A stretch of DNA of 64,000 nt from Candidatus Omnitrophota bacterium (GCA_043797125.1 JAZDPX010000014.1:1755-65754); one strand, 5' to 3'; positions 38,279 through 49,604 are shown, numbered from the stretch's first letter. Made by a program: numbers and translations. The notes: a model not told the origin generated them from the letters alone.

Positions 38279-39034
38279 ATGGAACAGATTATACTTAATG
38301 CATTGATAAGAGAAAAGACAGGTAAAAGCGCAAACAAAAAATTGCGCCACAAGGATGTAATACCGGCAGTTGTTTACAAACGCGGCAAAAAGGCTATTTC
38401 CATGAGCGTTGATGAATCAGGCCTTCTTCATGCTTTGCATACATCGGCGGGAGAAAACGCCATTATAACATTAATGATTTCTTCTTCATCTGATAAAAAA
38501 GCCAAGTCCGCAAAAGAAAATGACACAAAAACGGTTATTATAAAGGAAATACAATATCACCCTGTCCATGAAAACATATTGCATATTGATTTTCAGGAGA
38601 TATCTTTAACAGAACGCATAAAGGTGAATGTCCCCATAGTGTTAAAAGGCGAGTCAGCGGGCGTGAAGATAGAAGGCGGCATTCTTGACCAGGTGACAAA
38701 AGAGCTTGTGATAGAATGTCTTCCTGCCCAGATACCGAGTAAAATAGACTTTAATATAGAGGCTCTGAAAATAGGCGATATAGTTCATGTGAAAGAGCTT
38801 GTGATTCCCGACGGGATTAAAGTGCTCACCGACCCCGAGCAGGCTGTTGTGTCTGTTTCTCCGCCGAAGGCGGAAGAGGCACCTGCCGCAGCTGAAGGGT
38901 TGGAGGCAGGAGCGCAAGAGCCCGAAGTATTAACAGAGAGAAAACCGGCTGAAGAAGAAGAAAAAGAAGAAGGCCAGCCGGAAGATAAGGGCAAAGGCAA
39001 AGACAAGGACAAGGATAAAGATAAACCCCATTAG
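38279..39034 (+). CDS. rplY: Ribosomal protein L25 (Ctc-type, extended acidic/Lys-rich C-terminus)
   Basis: MEQIILNALIREKTGKSANKKLR... . AGGAG 6 nt upstream of ATG 38279; the track ORF starts 6 nt earlier. Confidence 0.8.
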   Translation: MEQIILNALIREKTGKSANKKLRHKDVIPAVVYKRGKKAISMSVDESGLLHALHTSAGENAIITLMISSSSDKKAKSAKENDTKTVIIKEIQYHPVHENILHIDFQEISLTERIKVNVPIVLKGESAGVKIEGGILDQVTKELVIECLPAQIPSKIDFNIEALKIGDIVHVKELVIPDGIKVLTDPEQAVVSVSPPKAEEAPAAAEGLEAGAQEPEVLTERKPAEEEEKEEGQPEDKGKGKDKDKDKDKPH

Positions 39035-39071
39035 AAATTAAAATAAATTTCTAACGGGGCATGGACAAGAA

Positions 39072-39632
39072 ATGAAGCTTTTAGCTGGATTGGGCAACCC
39101 CGGGGAAAGCTACACGCGCACAAGACACAATATAGGTTTTCGCATAGCCGATAGTTTGGCTGCCAAGTATAACGCGAAGTTAAAAAAGAAATTCCTTACA
39201 AATGCACAGCAGGCCAGCGCCTCGGTTTTGGGCGAACGCATAATAGTGCTTAAACCGCTATCCTTTATGAATCGTTCCGGGCCTTGTGTTTTGCATTTTT
39301 ATAAAAAATTAAATTTGAAATTAGAAGATATTTTGATAATCTGCGATGATATAAGTTTGCCTATCGGCAAAATGAGGTTAAGGCCGGGCGGACAGGCAGG
39401 CGGGCATAACGGCCTTGAGTCTATTATAGATTCTTTAGGCGATCAAGGCTTCCCGAGATTAAGAATCGGAATAGACAACAATAAAACAATCTCTGACTTA
39501 TCCGAGTATGTGCTTTCTGAATTTACGCCCGACGAAGAAAGAGCAATGCGGCATATTGTTGATAATGCGGTCAATGCCTGCGAGTGCTGGATAACAGACG
39601 GCATAGAAGCGGCTATGAATAAATATAACTAA
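39072..39632 (+). CDS. pth: Peptidyl-tRNA hydrolase
   Basis: MKLLAGLGNPGESYTRTRHNIGF and GGHNGLESI motifs. Confidence 0.9.
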   Translation: MKLLAGLGNPGESYTRTRHNIGFRIADSLAAKYNAKLKKKFLTNAQQASASVLGERIIVLKPLSFMNRSGPCVLHFYKKLNLKLEDILIICDDISLPIGKMRLRPGGQAGGHNGLESIIDSLGDQGFPRLRIGIDNNKTISDLSEYVLSEFTPDEERAMRHIVDNAVNACECWITDGIEAAMNKYN

Positions 39633-39649
39633 GACAAGGAGAAGCGATT

Positions 39650-39949
39650 ATGAGAGCGTATGAAGCAGTTATAATATATAAACCAGAGCTAGACGGCGAA
39701 GCGCTGCAGGCTTCCTTTAAAGGTGCTGTTGATATTATCAAAAAATATCAGGGCGAGGTTGAGGATGTTGCCGAGTGGGGCAGGAAGGCGCTTGCATACA
39801 CAATAGCCAAGAAAAAGGAAGGCACATTTTATCTGGTTAAATTCAAATCATCGCCTGAAAATGTCGGAAAAATAGAAAGAGAGTTTGTCTTAAACGAAGA
39901 CATTCTAAGGTCTATGATAAGCGCGCGCAAAGTAGCGAAGGAGGCTTAA
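39650..39949 (+). CDS. rpsF: Ribosomal protein S6
   Basis: MRAYEAVIIYKPELD...; 99 aa in the conserved rpsF-ssb-rpsR-rplI order. Confidence 0.9.
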   Translation: MRAYEAVIIYKPELDGEALQASFKGAVDIIKKYQGEVEDVAEWGRKALAYTIAKKKEGTFYLVKFKSSPENVGKIEREFVLNEDILRSMISARKVAKEA

Positions 39950-39951
39950 AA

Positions 39952-40422
39952 ATGGCAAGCCTGAATAAAGTATTTTTAATAGGCAATCTTACGCGCGACC
40001 CGGAATTAAGATATACGCCCAGCGGCCTGGCTGTAACTACTTTTACTATTGCGGCAAACAGAAGCTACACGACAAAGACCGGAGAGAAAAAGGAAGACGT
40101 CACGTTTATGCGCGTAGTTACCTGGGGTAAACGCGCTGAGATTTGCGCAGAGTACTTAAACAAGGGTTCTTTGGTTTTTGCGGAAGGCCGCCTTCAGAAC
40201 AGGCAATGGCAGGCTCAGGACGGCACCCAGCGAAATACCGTTGAAGTTGTGGCCAACAATATTCAATTCCTCGGCACCCCCAAAGGCTCCAGGGTAGCAG
40301 CCGCTGGTAAAAGCGCGCCGCAAAATTCGCAGCAGGCGCCGGATATGGAGCCGCCCGTAGACCTACCGCATGAAAAAGGAAAAGTTGATGAGGATGTTTT
40401 TGAGGACGAAGTCCCATTTTAG
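39952..40422 (+). CDS. ssb: Single-stranded DNA-binding protein
   Basis: NKVFLIGNLTRDPELRYTPSG OB-fold start; acidic C-terminal tail DEDVFEDEVPF. Confidence 0.9.
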   Translation: MASLNKVFLIGNLTRDPELRYTPSGLAVTTFTIAANRSYTTKTGEKKEDVTFMRVVTWGKRAEICAEYLNKGSLVFAEGRLQNRQWQAQDGTQRNTVEVVANNIQFLGTPKGSRVAAAGKSAPQNSQQAPDMEPPVDLPHEKGKVDEDVFEDEVPF

Positions 40423-40441
40423 AAAGAGAGGATACTGACAA

Positions 40442-40708
40442 ATGTTTCAGAAGAGAGACCCGAGAAAAAAAAGAAGATTCACAGGAGACAGAAATCTTTT
40501 AATGAGAAAGAAGGCATGCAGGTTTTGCAAGGAGAAGGTCAGGGAGATAGACTACAAAGACGTTGCTGTTTTATCTAAATATACAACAGAACAGGGAAAG
40601 GTTATGCCGTCGCGCATAACCGGTAACTGCGCATATCATCAAAGACAAACAACCAAGGCTGTAAAGCGCTCAAGGGCGATTTCTTTACTCGCTTATTCGA
40701 GGGAATAA
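40442..40708 (+). CDS. rpsR: Ribosomal protein S18
   Basis: [15 protein letters not shown] ... [26 protein letters not shown]. Confidence 0.9.
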   Translation: MFQKRDPRKKRRFTGDRNLLMRKKACRFCKEKVREIDYKDVAVLSKYTTEQGKVMPSRITGNCAYHQRQTTKAVKRSRAISLLAYSRE

Positions 40709-40711
40709 AAC

Positions 40712-41155
40712 ATGAAACTCATATTACTTGAAAATGTTGATAACCTGGGCAAGATGGGCGATGCCATTGAAGCAAAAGACGGTTATGCCAGGAATTGCCT
40801 CCTTCCTAAGGGCTTAGCGCTTGAGGCCACCGCCTCGAACCTGAAAATAGTGGAAAAGAAAAAACAAAAGCAGCAGCAAAAACTTGACAGAATTAAACAA
40901 GAAGCCCGGGAGGCAGCTAAAAAGCTTACCCTAGTATCATGCACTATTACAATGCCGGCAGGGGAAGACGACAAGCTTCACGGTTCTGTGACCGCGCAAG
41001 ATATAGCAGATGCCCTTGAGCAAGAGGGTATTAAGATTGATAAAAAGAACATTGTGATAAATCAGCCCATAAATAAATTAGGCATATATAGCTGCGAAGT
41101 GAAACTGCACCCTGAGGTGACTCAGGAATTGAAGGTGTGGGTCATAAAGAAATGA
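40712..41155 (+). CDS. rplI: Ribosomal protein L9
   Basis: MKLILLENVDNLGKMGDAIEAKDGYARNCLLPKGLA. Confidence 0.9.
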   Translation: MKLILLENVDNLGKMGDAIEAKDGYARNCLLPKGLALEATASNLKIVEKKKQKQQQKLDRIKQEAREAAKKLTLVSCTITMPAGEDDKLHGSVTAQDIADALEQEGIKIDKKNIVINQPINKLGIYSCEVKLHPEVTQELKVWVIKK

Positions 41156-41192
41156 AAAATGTAAAATGTAAAATGCAAAAAGGAAAAATATA

Positions 41193-42563
41193 ATGGCGAA
41201 AGAACAAAAAGAGTCGATAGAAAAGATACCTCCGCAAAGCAATGAAGCTGAAATAGCAGTGCTTGGTTCGATGCTGCTTGAGGAGAACGCCATTTCTGAA
41301 GCAATAGAATTGCTGCAGGAGCAATATTTTTATAACGATAGCCACAGGCTTATCTTTAACGTCATAATATCCATCTATAATAGCAACAAACCGGTTGACC
41401 TTGTAACTGTCGTGGAAGAACTTAAAAAAAGAAACGCCCTGGAACGTTCGGGTTCAGCCTCGTATATAGCCAGTCTTACCCAGGCAGTGCCTACCGCCGC
41501 TAATGTAAAACACTATGCTAATATCGTAAGGGAGAAATATGTAATAAGGAGCCTTATAACCGCCGGCACGCAAATAGTCGCGGAGTCTTTCCAACCGGAA
41601 TCAGGCGCAGACGAACTTTTAGACAGGGCAGAGAAAAGAATATTTGACATAATGGCGGAAAAGACAGACGTGTCTTCAACGCACGTATCTGACATAGTAA
41701 AAGACAGCATCGAGTTGATTGACAACCTCTACCAGAGGAAAGAAAGCATAACAGGGATCCCCACAGGATTTCATGAGTTTGATATAATGACAGCAGGCCT
41801 TCAGCCGTCAGATTTAATAATAGTCGCGGGCAGGCCATCGATGGGAAAAAGCGCGCTTGCGGCCTGCATTGCAGAGCATGCCGGGATTATCGAGGGGTTG
41901 CCTGTTGTATTGTTCAGCCTGGAGATGGCAAAAGGCCAGCTTGTTCAAAGAATGCTTTGTTCGCATGCAAAAGTCGAATTTCATAAAGTAAGAACAGGTT
42001 TTCTATCACAGAGCGACTGGCCAAAGCTGACAAACGCAGCCAGCAAATTATCAGAGGCCCCGATATATATAGACGATACGCCGGCTATCTCTGTTTTGGA
42101 GTTAAGGGCCAAGGCAAGAAGGCTTAAAAGCCAGCATGATATAAAACTTATAATCGTGGACTACCTGCAGCTTATGCGCGGCCCTGCCGGAGTAGAAAAC
42201 AGGCAGCAGGAAATTTCGGAGATATCACGTTCTTTAAAAGCGCTGGCAAGGGAATTAAGCGTTCCTGTTATCGGAGTAAGCCAGCTTTCCCGCGCGGTAG
42301 AATCAAGGTCTGACAGAAGGCCGCAGCTTTCGGATTTGCGGGAATCCGGGGCAATAGAACAGGATGCAGACGTTGTCCTGCTTTTGCTGAGAGAGGAATA
42401 TTACAATCCTACTCCTGAAAACAGGGGCCTGGCGGAAATTATAGTGGCAAAACAAAGGAACGGGCCGGTCGGCTCCATAAACCTGGCGTTCATAAAAGAG
42501 TACACGCGCTTCGAAAACATCTCCAAACGGCAAGAAGCTCCTGAAGAGGAAATAGAAGTTTAA
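41193..42563 (+). CDS. dnaB: Replicative DNA helicase DnaB
   Basis: IPPQSNEAEIAVLGSMLL N-terminus; RecA-like core GRPSMGKSA with Walker B IIVDYLQLM; 456 aa (no intein). Confidence 0.9.
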   Translation: MAKEQKESIEKIPPQSNEAEIAVLGSMLLEENAISEAIELLQEQYFYNDSHRLIFNVIISIYNSNKPVDLVTVVEELKKRNALERSGSASYIASLTQAVPTAANVKHYANIVREKYVIRSLITAGTQIVAESFQPESGADELLDRAEKRIFDIMAEKTDVSSTHVSDIVKDSIELIDNLYQRKESITGIPTGFHEFDIMTAGLQPSDLIIVAGRPSMGKSALAACIAEHAGIIEGLPVVLFSLEMAKGQLVQRMLCSHAKVEFHKVRTGFLSQSDWPKLTNAASKLSEAPIYIDDTPAISVLELRAKARRLKSQHDIKLIIVDYLQLMRGPAGVENRQQEISEISRSLKALARELSVPVIGVSQLSRAVESRSDRRPQLSDLRESGAIEQDADVVLLLLREEYYNPTPENRGLAEIIVAKQRNGPVGSINLAFIKEYTRFENISKRQEAPEEEIEV

Positions 42564-42642
42564 CGCTTTACTTTTTGCCATCTTTATGCTACATTAACAA
42601 AAAGAGGGCGATAGTAATAGTTCAGCTCTGGGAAGTTCTCCC

Positions 42643-42674
42643 GACGTAGCGCAGGCTTAAGCCTGCGCTACGTC
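42643..42674. repeat. Perfect 14-bp GC-rich palindrome with TTAA loop downstream of dnaB; member of a small palindromic element family with the element at 50951-50988
   Basis: gacgtagcgcaggc-TTAA-gcctgcgctacgtc, no trailing T-tract. Shares CGTAGCG..CTTAAG..CGCTACG with the glnA/lpxB hairpin. Confidence 0.6.
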
Positions 42675-42773
42675 CGAGTCGAGATACTTACAAAAGTTTA
42701 ACTGTTACGAATGGTATGATTACACAGGCATTAAACTCTGTGTAATTAATATAATAAATACAGGAGCGTTTAT

Positions 42774-45086
42774 ATGTATAAAAGGCATATAGCATATATT
42801 TTTATAATAATTATATTAATAGTTTCCTTTTTTGCCGCAGGTTACAGCCTTGCCCAAGAAGACGAAGGAACAGATCTGGTGACCGACATAAAGGTTAAAG
42901 GCAATACCACTGTCAGCGTCGACACAATACTCCTGAAGATAAAAACAGGCGTGGGCAGGAAATTTGTGCAGAAGCAGCTCAACGAAGACATAAAAAGATT
43001 ATACGCTACGGGGTTTTTTACGGATGTAAGCGTTGATTTGGAAGACTACGATGGCGGAGTCAGGGTTATCTTCACGGTTGTTGAAAAGGCGGTTATAGAA
43101 AAAATAATTTTTGAAGGCAATAACTCTATCAGGGAAGTGCACCTTTTAAAGGAAATGGAGACAAAGGTAGACGATGTCTTTAGCAAAAGGGTTATAAGCG
43201 CGGATTTAAAGAAACTAAAGGCGTATTATCACAAAAAGGGTTTTCCTCTCGCCGAACTCGATTACAAGCTGGAGACCAGCGATAATAACAAGGCCACCGT
43301 GCATATAATAGTGGACGAGAAGATAGAATATAGGATAAAGAAAATAGAATTTAAGGGCAACTCCTCTTTTAAAGAAGGAGAGCTCTCCAAGGGCATGACA
43401 ACAAAGACGTCAGGCTGGTTTAGGTCAGGCATACTTGATGAAAGCACTTTGGACCAGGACCTTGAAAATATTAAGGAGTTTTATCGGGGCAAGGGTTTCA
43501 TAGACGCAGAGCTAACCAAAGAAATAGAATATAACAAAGAGGCAAAGGCGGTGTTCATCGCCATAAACGTAAACGAAGGCGCAAAATATACCGTAGGGCA
43601 GATCTCGCTTAAGGGAAATAGAATTTTTAACAACGAGCAAATTATTAAGGAGACGGGCATGTTGAAGGGCGCGCCCTATAACCCGCAGCAGCTAAGGACG
43701 GATGTAATAAAAATTCAAACTTTATATTATGACAAAGGGTATATGAATTGCAAGGTTACGCCGGATACGCTGTTTGACAAAAACACTCAATCCATTGATA
43801 TAGCCTACGATATAGCGGAAGGCGAAATCGTATACGTAGATAAAGTCAGGATAAGCGGCAACACCAAGACAAAAGATAAAGTCATAAGAAGAGAACTGCG
43901 GCTTTACCCCGGAGACAAATACGAGGGCAAGAAGCTGCAACGCTCTAAAGAGAGGCTTTATAATTTGGGATTTTTCGAAGAAGTGTTTTTTGATACCGAG
44001 CCTACAGCCATTGCCGATAAAAAAGATTTATCAGTTACCGTAAAAGAGGCAAAGACAGGGGAATTTAGTTTTGGCGGCGGATATAGCTCAATAGACAGGG
44101 CCATTGGTTTTGTGCAGATTACGCAAAAGAATTTTGACATTACGAATTTCAAGACCTTTACCGGCGCAGGGCAGGATCTGGTTTTAACAGGCACGTTCGG
44201 CTCTATCAGGAGAAATTATGAATTAAGTTTTACCGAGCCTTGGATATTTGACTACCCGCTTTCTTTCGGCTTCGACCTTTTTAACCGGGAAACGGACAGG
44301 AAGTCTTCTCTTGGCTACGGATATGACGAACAGCATCTTGGCGGGGCCTTGAGGCTTGGTAAAGAGTTTACAGATTACGACAGGGCGGATCTTAAATATA
44401 CGTTGGAAAAAGTAGAAATATCGGATATCCCGACAAACGCGTCAAGCGCGCTTAAGGATGAAGAAGGGGAAAACACGATAAGCAGTTTAGGGCTTACACT
44501 GACCAGGGACACAAGAGATAATAAGTTTAATCCCGCAAGCGGGTACTTGGTTACATCAACATTTACCGATGGCGGCGGTTTTTTAGGAGGGGACAAAGAT
44601 TTCTATAAGGCAACCCCGCTGGTTAGCGCCTATTTTAATTTTTTAGAGAAAAAACTGGTGCTTGAACTAATGGGGCGCCTTGGATGGGCTGATGAATATG
44701 ATGATACTGTTACAGTGCCTATATATGAGCGCTTTTTTGCCGGCGGCGCAAATACAGTAAGGGGGTATAAGGAAAGATCCATAGGCCCCAGGGACGTTAA
44801 TACAAACGATCCTATAGGCGGAGAGTCTATGCTTGTAGGAAATGCGGAACTTACTTACACCCTGTTTAAAAATTTTAAGGTAGCGACATTTTATGACGTG
44901 GGTAATGTATGGCCGGAGAGCGATGATATTGGAACAGGGGATTTTAAATCCGGAGTTGGTGTAGGCATTAGGGTGAATACGCCGATAGGCCCGGTGAAGG
45001 TTGATTATGGCTATCCGCTAAATAAAGCGCATCCCGACGACAAGAAAACCGGAAGGTTCCACTTTAGCATGACCAGAGGGTTCTAG
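42774..45086 (+). CDS. bamA: Outer membrane protein assembly factor BamA (Omp85)
   Basis: Signal peptide, POTRA-like repeats, C-terminal beta-barrel ending ...GRFHFSMTRGF. Confidence 0.85.
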   Translation: MYKRHIAYIFIIIILIVSFFAAGYSLAQEDEGTDLVTDIKVKGNTTVSVDTILLKIKTGVGRKFVQKQLNEDIKRLYATGFFTDVSVDLEDYDGGVRVIFTVVEKAVIEKIIFEGNNSIREVHLLKEMETKVDDVFSKRVISADLKKLKAYYHKKGFPLAELDYKLETSDNNKATVHIIVDEKIEYRIKKIEFKGNSSFKEGELSKGMTTKTSGWFRSGILDESTLDQDLENIKEFYRGKGFIDAELTKEIEYNKEAKAVFIAINVNEGAKYTVGQISLKGNRIFNNEQIIKETGMLKGAPYNPQQLRTDVIKIQTLYYDKGYMNCKVTPDTLFDKNTQSIDIAYDIAEGEIVYVDKVRISGNTKTKDKVIRRELRLYPGDKYEGKKLQRSKERLYNLGFFEEVFFDTEPTAIADKKDLSVTVKEAKTGEFSFGGGYSSIDRAIGFVQITQKNFDITNFKTFTGAGQDLVLTGTFGSIRRNYELSFTEPWIFDYPLSFGFDLFNRETDRKSSLGYGYDEQHLGGALRLGKEFTDYDRADLKYTLEKVEISDIPTNASSALKDEEGENTISSLGLTLTRDTRDNKFNPASGYLVTSTFTDGGGFLGGDKDFYKATPLVSAYFNFLEKKLVLELMGRLGWADEYDDTVTVPIYERFFAGGANTVRGYKERSIGPRDVNTNDPIGGESMLVGNAELTYTLFKNFKVATFYDVGNVWPESDDIGTGDFKSGVGVGIRVNTPIGPVKVDYGYPLNKAHPDDKKTGRFHFSMTRGF

Positions 45087-45127
45087 AAACAAAAAGGTTA
45101 AAGGATAAAGTGAAAAATGGAGAAAAG

Positions 45128-45631
45128 ATGAAGATAAAGATTTTATTACTGATAACTGTTGTCGTAGCGCTTATTATGCCGAATATTGCCTTAGCAGAGA
45201 TTAAGATAGGATATGTGGATACAATAGCTGTATTTGATGAGTATAATAAGACCAAAGATCAGGATAAGGTCCTTAAGACCGAAACCGATAAAAGAAAAGA
45301 CAAGAGAGAAACAATAGTCAAGGATATAAGAAACATAAAGGACGAGCTTGATATATCAAGCGACGATGCTAAGGAAAAGAAGCAACTGGAGATAGACAAA
45401 AAACTAAGAGAACTTCAGGAATATGATAACGAGACTAAACTTGATTTAGGCCAAAAAAGAGACGATATGATGCGAGATATCCTAAAAGAGATAAGCGCCG
45501 TGGTTGAAGAATATGCCAAGAAAAACAGCTATACAATGGTGCTTAACAGCAGGGTCCTTATCTACAGCGACGAAAAAGACGACCTGACCCAGGCTATATT
45601 AGACGCGCTAAATGCAAAGTATAAAAAATAA
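45128..45631 (+). CDS. skp: Periplasmic chaperone Skp/OmpH
   Basis: [31 protein letters not shown] signal then OmpH N-terminus; charged coiled-coil body. GGAG 5 nt upstream of ATG 45128. Confidence 0.8.
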   Translation: MKIKILLLITVVVALIMPNIALAEIKIGYVDTIAVFDEYNKTKDQDKVLKTETDKRKDKRETIVKDIRNIKDELDISSDDAKEKKQLEIDKKLRELQEYDNETKLDLGQKRDDMMRDILKEISAVVEEYAKKNSYTMVLNSRVLIYSDEKDDLTQAILDALNAKYKK

Positions 45632-45645
45632 CACACACTCAACAT

Positions 45646-46695
45646 ATGAAGAAAACGCTAAGGGAAATTGCCTCGGCTGTAAATGCGAAGATTATCGGCA
45701 AAGAAGATATTGTTATTACAGGGATATCTGACATAAAAGAAGCGCAAGAAGGCGACATTACCTTCTTGGCCCACCCAAAATATAAACCCTTTGCGGAAAA
45801 GACAAAGGCTTCGGCAATTATAGCGTCAAAGGATGCAAGGTTTCCTTCCAAGACAGTACTGCAGACAGAAAATCCATCTTTGGCATTTACCAAGGTAATT
45901 TCGATGTTTAGGCCCAGCCAGCCGCGCCACCCAAAAGGGATAGACGTAAAAGCTGCGATAAATAAAAATGCCAGAGTTTCCGGAAACGCTTCAGTCGGGG
46001 CTTATTCTGTTGTTGAAGACGCCGCGGAAATAGCCGACGGGGTAATTATATATTCAAATTGCTATATAGGCGCAGGCGTAAAAATAGATAAAGACACGAT
46101 TATTTATCCCAACGTTACGATAATGGAAGGCACAAAGATAGGCAGCAATGTTGTAATACACGCAGGCAGCGTAATAGGCTGCGATGGTTTCGGGTATATT
46201 GAAGTTGACGGTACGCACCACAAAATTCCGCAGGTCGGTATTGTGGTTATTGAAGACGATGTTGAAATAGGCGCAAATACAACAATAGATAGGGCAAGAT
46301 TCGGCCAGACAGTTATCGGCAAGGGGACAAAGATAGACAACCTTGTGCAAATTGCTCATAATGTGAAAATAGGGTCCAACTCCATTATAATCGCGCAGGC
46401 AGGCATATCGGGCAGCAGCAGCGTGGGTAAAAATACTATATTAGCAGGCCAGGCAGGTTTAGTCGGGCATATAGAATTGGGCGATAATGTAATTGTCGGG
46501 GCGCAGTGCGGAGTGACCAAGTCTTTTGGGTCAAATACTATTCTCTTGGGTTCTCCGGCCAACCCTATAGCCGAACAGAAAAAGATTTTTGCATGCATAA
46601 ATAAACTGCCCGAACTTTTTGCCACAATAAGAAAGATAAAGAAAAAGCTTTTCCCCGAAGATGCAGAAACAGAAGACCTTAAAGAAGGAAGTTAG
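45646..46695 (+). CDS. lpxD: UDP-3-O-acylglucosamine N-acyltransferase
   Basis: Hexapeptide-repeat left-handed beta-helix, with LpxD N-terminal domain ([10 protein letters not shown]...). Confidence 0.85.
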   Translation: MKKTLREIASAVNAKIIGKEDIVITGISDIKEAQEGDITFLAHPKYKPFAEKTKASAIIASKDARFPSKTVLQTENPSLAFTKVISMFRPSQPRHPKGIDVKAAINKNARVSGNASVGAYSVVEDAAEIADGVIIYSNCYIGAGVKIDKDTIIYPNVTIMEGTKIGSNVVIHAGSVIGCDGFGYIEVDGTHHKIPQVGIVVIEDDVEIGANTTIDRARFGQTVIGKGTKIDNLVQIAHNVKIGSNSIIIAQAGISGSSSVGKNTILAGQAGLVGHIELGDNVIVGAQCGVTKSFGSNTILLGSPANPIAEQKKIFACINKLPELFATIRKIKKKLFPEDAETEDLKEGS

Positions 46696-47971
46696 TTTAA
46701 AGGGTACAGGAATACATACAGGCGAGCAGGTTAATATTACCTTTAAACCAGCCCTGCCAAACAGCAGTATAAATTTCCTAAGAACTGATTTGCCCGACAG
46801 CCCCCTTATGCCTGCGACCCTGGCGCACCTTTTGGACGCGCAATTGAGGGTACGCAGAACGTCTATTGGCAAAGATAAAGCGCAGGCGCACACCATAGAA
46901 CACCTTATGGCTGTTTTTTGCGGGCTTGGGATAGATAACATACTCGTGGAAATGGATGGTCCGGAGGCCCCAGGTTTAGACGGCAGCGCGGCAAAAATCG
47001 TGGAGGTTATTAAAACAGCAGGCCTCATGGAACAGGATGCGCCCCGAAAAGAACTTCTGATAAAAGACCCGCTATGGGTTGATGAAAAAGACAGTTGCGT
47101 AGTAGTTCTACCCAGCGACCATTTCAGCGTATCATATATTTTAGATTACAGCCATGCCGGCATAGAACCTCAATATAATCATTTTAGAATAATTCCGGAA
47201 ATTTTTGAAAAAGAGATTGCTCCGAGCAGGACATTCTGTTTAAAGGAAGAGATAGACTCGCTCACCCGACTTGGGTTAGGCAAAGGCGCTTCGCCTAAAA
47301 ACACGATAATAATTGATAGCGACGGCAGGACTACGGCTGATTTGAGGTTTAAAGATGAATTTTTACGCCACAAGGTCATGGATTTGATAGGGGACCTGTT
47401 TCTTACAGGTTATTTTCTAAAGGCGCATATAATAGCGATAAAAAGCGGCCATTCGCTTAATTTGAAAATTGCGCAGGCTGTAAAATCAAGATATATCGAT
47501 AATGGAAATACTAAAACTAACCGCACTGCGGCCTCCGGAGAAAAGCCGCTAATGGACAAAGAGGCTATAAAGGGAGTTCTTCCTCATCGCGAGCCGTTTC
47601 TTTTAATAGATGAAATAATAGAACTCGGTGAACTGACAGCGGTCGGGGTAAAGCATGTTGATGATTCGGAGTATTACTTTCGCGGGCATTTTCCGGGCAG
47701 GCCTGTAATGCCGGGAGTTTTGATAGTGGAAGCGTTAGCGCAAGTCGGCGGGGCGCTTATGTTGAGCAAACCAGAGAATAAAGGCAAGCTTGCTTATTTT
47801 ATGTCTATTAACAGCGCTAAATTCCGAAGAGTGGTTAAGCCAGGCGATAAACTACGGCTTGAAATAGAGGTTACGAGGTTTAGGACGAAGGTGGGGCAGG
47901 TGCACGGGAAGGCTTTTGTCGACGGGCAATTGGTATGCGAGGCGGATTTAATGTTTTCGTTGGTAGATTAG
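46661..47971 (+). CDS. lpxC: Bifunctional UDP-3-O-acyl-GlcNAc deacetylase (LpxC) / 3-hydroxyacyl-ACP dehydratase (FabZ) fusion
   Basis: N-terminal [24 protein letters not shown] and HTIEHLMA LpxC motifs; C-terminal hotdog with [13 protein letters not shown]...[17 protein letters not shown] FabZ motifs; overlaps lpxD end by 35 nt. Confidence 0.85.
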   Translation: MQKQKTLKKEVSLKGTGIHTGEQVNITFKPALPNSSINFLRTDLPDSPLMPATLAHLLDAQLRVRRTSIGKDKAQAHTIEHLMAVFCGLGIDNILVEMDGPEAPGLDGSAAKIVEVIKTAGLMEQDAPRKELLIKDPLWVDEKDSCVVVLPSDHFSVSYILDYSHAGIEPQYNHFRIIPEIFEKEIAPSRTFCLKEEIDSLTRLGLGKGASPKNTIIIDSDGRTTADLRFKDEFLRHKVMDLIGDLFLTGYFLKAHIIAIKSGHSLNLKIAQAVKSRYIDNGNTKTNRTAASGEKPLMDKEAIKGVLPHREPFLLIDEIIELGELTAVGVKHVDDSEYYFRGHFPGRPVMPGVLIVEALAQVGGALMLSKPENKGKLAYFMSINSAKFRRVVKPGDKLRLEIEVTRFRTKVGQVHGKAFVDGQLVCEADLMFSLVD

Positions 47972-47973
47972 CC

Positions 47974-48786
47974 ATGAATAAGGATATTAATAAAATAGGA
48001 CTGGTGGCAGGAGCAGGAAAATTCCCGATTCTTTTGTGCCAGGGCGCAAGAGAACATAACGTATCGGTTGTGGTTATCAGTATTAACGGAGAAGCGGACA
48101 CAGATTTTTCTAAATATACAGATAAGGTGTATTCTGTCGAACTAGGGCAAGGCAAGAAGCTTATTGAAATACTGAAAAATGAAGGCGTAAAATATGCTAT
48201 TATGGCAGGCAAGATTAATAAATTTTCTATTTTTAAACAAGGATTTAGAATGGATGAGGTAGCCAGGGAAGTTTTGGCAAGGGTAATAGACAAAAGAGAC
48301 AACAGCATATTGCGGGTCATAGCAGACAGGCTGAAAAAAGACGGTATACAGCTTTTAGATTCAACAGAATTTTTAAAAGGCATACTTGCGGAAAAAGGCA
48401 TTTATACTGCAAGAAAACCGACAAAAGAGGAAAAAAGCGATATCGATTTCGGATTTAAAATAGCAAAGGCCGCATCCGGTTTGGACATAGGCCAGACAGT
48501 CATTATAAAAGATAAGGCGGTAGTAGCGGTTGAGGCAATAGAAGGCACTGACCAGGCAATAATCAGATCAAAACAGCTAAGCAATAATTTTGTTGTAGTG
48601 AAGGTCGCAAGGGATAACCACGATAATAGATTTGATGTCCCAACCGTCGGGCTTACAACGATAAAATCCATGAAAGCCTCAGGCGCAGCTGTCCTGGCAA
48701 TAGAGGCGCAGAAGACCCTGGTTATTGATAAGGATAAAATGATAAAAGAAGCCGACGCGGCAGGGATTTGCGTGATAGCGGTGTAA
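47974..48786 (+). CDS. lpxI: UDP-2,3-diacylglucosamine hydrolase, LpxI (DUF1009) family
   Basis: IGLVAGAGKFPILL N-terminus and IEGTDQAI / DVPTVGLTT motifs typical of LpxI as recalled. Confidence 0.65.
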   Translation: MNKDINKIGLVAGAGKFPILLCQGAREHNVSVVVISINGEADTDFSKYTDKVYSVELGQGKKLIEILKNEGVKYAIMAGKINKFSIFKQGFRMDEVAREVLARVIDKRDNSILRVIADRLKKDGIQLLDSTEFLKGILAEKGIYTARKPTKEEKSDIDFGFKIAKAASGLDIGQTVIIKDKAVVAVEAIEGTDQAIIRSKQLSNNFVVVKVARDNHDNRFDVPTVGLTTIKSMKASGAAVLAIEAQKTLVIDKDKMIKEADAAGICVIAV

Positions 48787-48814
48787 GGTAGTCAATGGTC
48801 GATGGTCTATGGTA
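48787..48814. repeat. Tandem heptanucleotide array (RGTCNAT x3-4) after the lpxI stop
   Basis: agtcaat ggtcgat ggtctat ggtaaag. Confidence 0.6.
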
Positions 48815-48824
48815 AAGAAATAAG

Positions 48825-49595
48825 ATGAAAGAACTAGAGATAGACGCAAAGAAGATAACAGAAAAGCTTACGGACTTCATAAAGGAAGAAGTGCGCAAGA
48901 AGGGCTTTAAGAGGGTTGTCTTAGGCTTGTCGGGGGGATTAGATTCATCATGCGTTGCGTATTTGACAGAAAAGGCGTTAGGCCCGAAAAATGTTTTAGG
49001 CGTAATAATGCCTTACAAGACAAGCCCAGAGGCCGATATCGCTGATGCGAAGTGTATGTGTAAAAAATTAGGCATAAAATCAAAATACATTGAAATAACA
49101 GATATGGTCGAGGCGTACTTCAAAAAGATAGGCTCCAATGACAGAATGAGGCGTGGCAACAAAATGGCCAGGGAGAGGATGTCCATTCTCTATGATCAAT
49201 CAAGCGAATTCAATGCCCTGGTAGTCGGCACCAGCAACAAAAGCGAAATTTTGCTCGGATACGGGACAATACATGGTGACACAGCGTGCGCTATAAACCC
49301 TATTGGCTGTCTTTATAAAACTCAAGTTCGGCAATTATCCACGTATTTAGGGATGCCGTCTTCTATAATAGAAAAAACTCCGAGCGCTGGTTTGTGGCAA
49401 GGCCAGAGCGATGAAGAGGAGCTGGGATTTACTTATAAGGAAGTTGATAAACTCCTTTTTTATATGATTGATAAAAAATATTCGAGGAAACGATTATCAG
49501 GCGCCGGGTTTGACGAGGATTTTATTTGTAAGGTAGAGAACAGAATAGAGGCAAACAGATTTAAAAGATGTCTGCCTGTCACAGCTAAAATATAG
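48825..49595 (+). CDS. nadE: NH3-dependent NAD+ synthetase
   Basis: PP-loop LGLSGGLDSS; 256 aa. Confidence 0.85.
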   Translation: MKELEIDAKKITEKLTDFIKEEVRKKGFKRVVLGLSGGLDSSCVAYLTEKALGPKNVLGVIMPYKTSPEADIADAKCMCKKLGIKSKYIEITDMVEAYFKKIGSNDRMRRGNKMARERMSILYDQSSEFNALVVGTSNKSEILLGYGTIHGDTACAINPIGCLYKTQVRQLSTYLGMPSSIIEKTPSAGLWQGQSDEEELGFTYKEVDKLLFYMIDKKYSRKRLSGAGFDEDFICKVENRIEANRFKRCLPVTAKI

Positions 49596-49604
49596 GGGTT
49601 AATT

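Noticed and set aside
45639-48401. Antisense ORFs within lpxD, lpxC-fabZ and lpxI (45639-45893 -, 46054-46359 -, 46531-47028 -, 47880-48401 -)
   Set aside because: They overlap well-supported plus-strand genes entirely and lack starts with an RBS.
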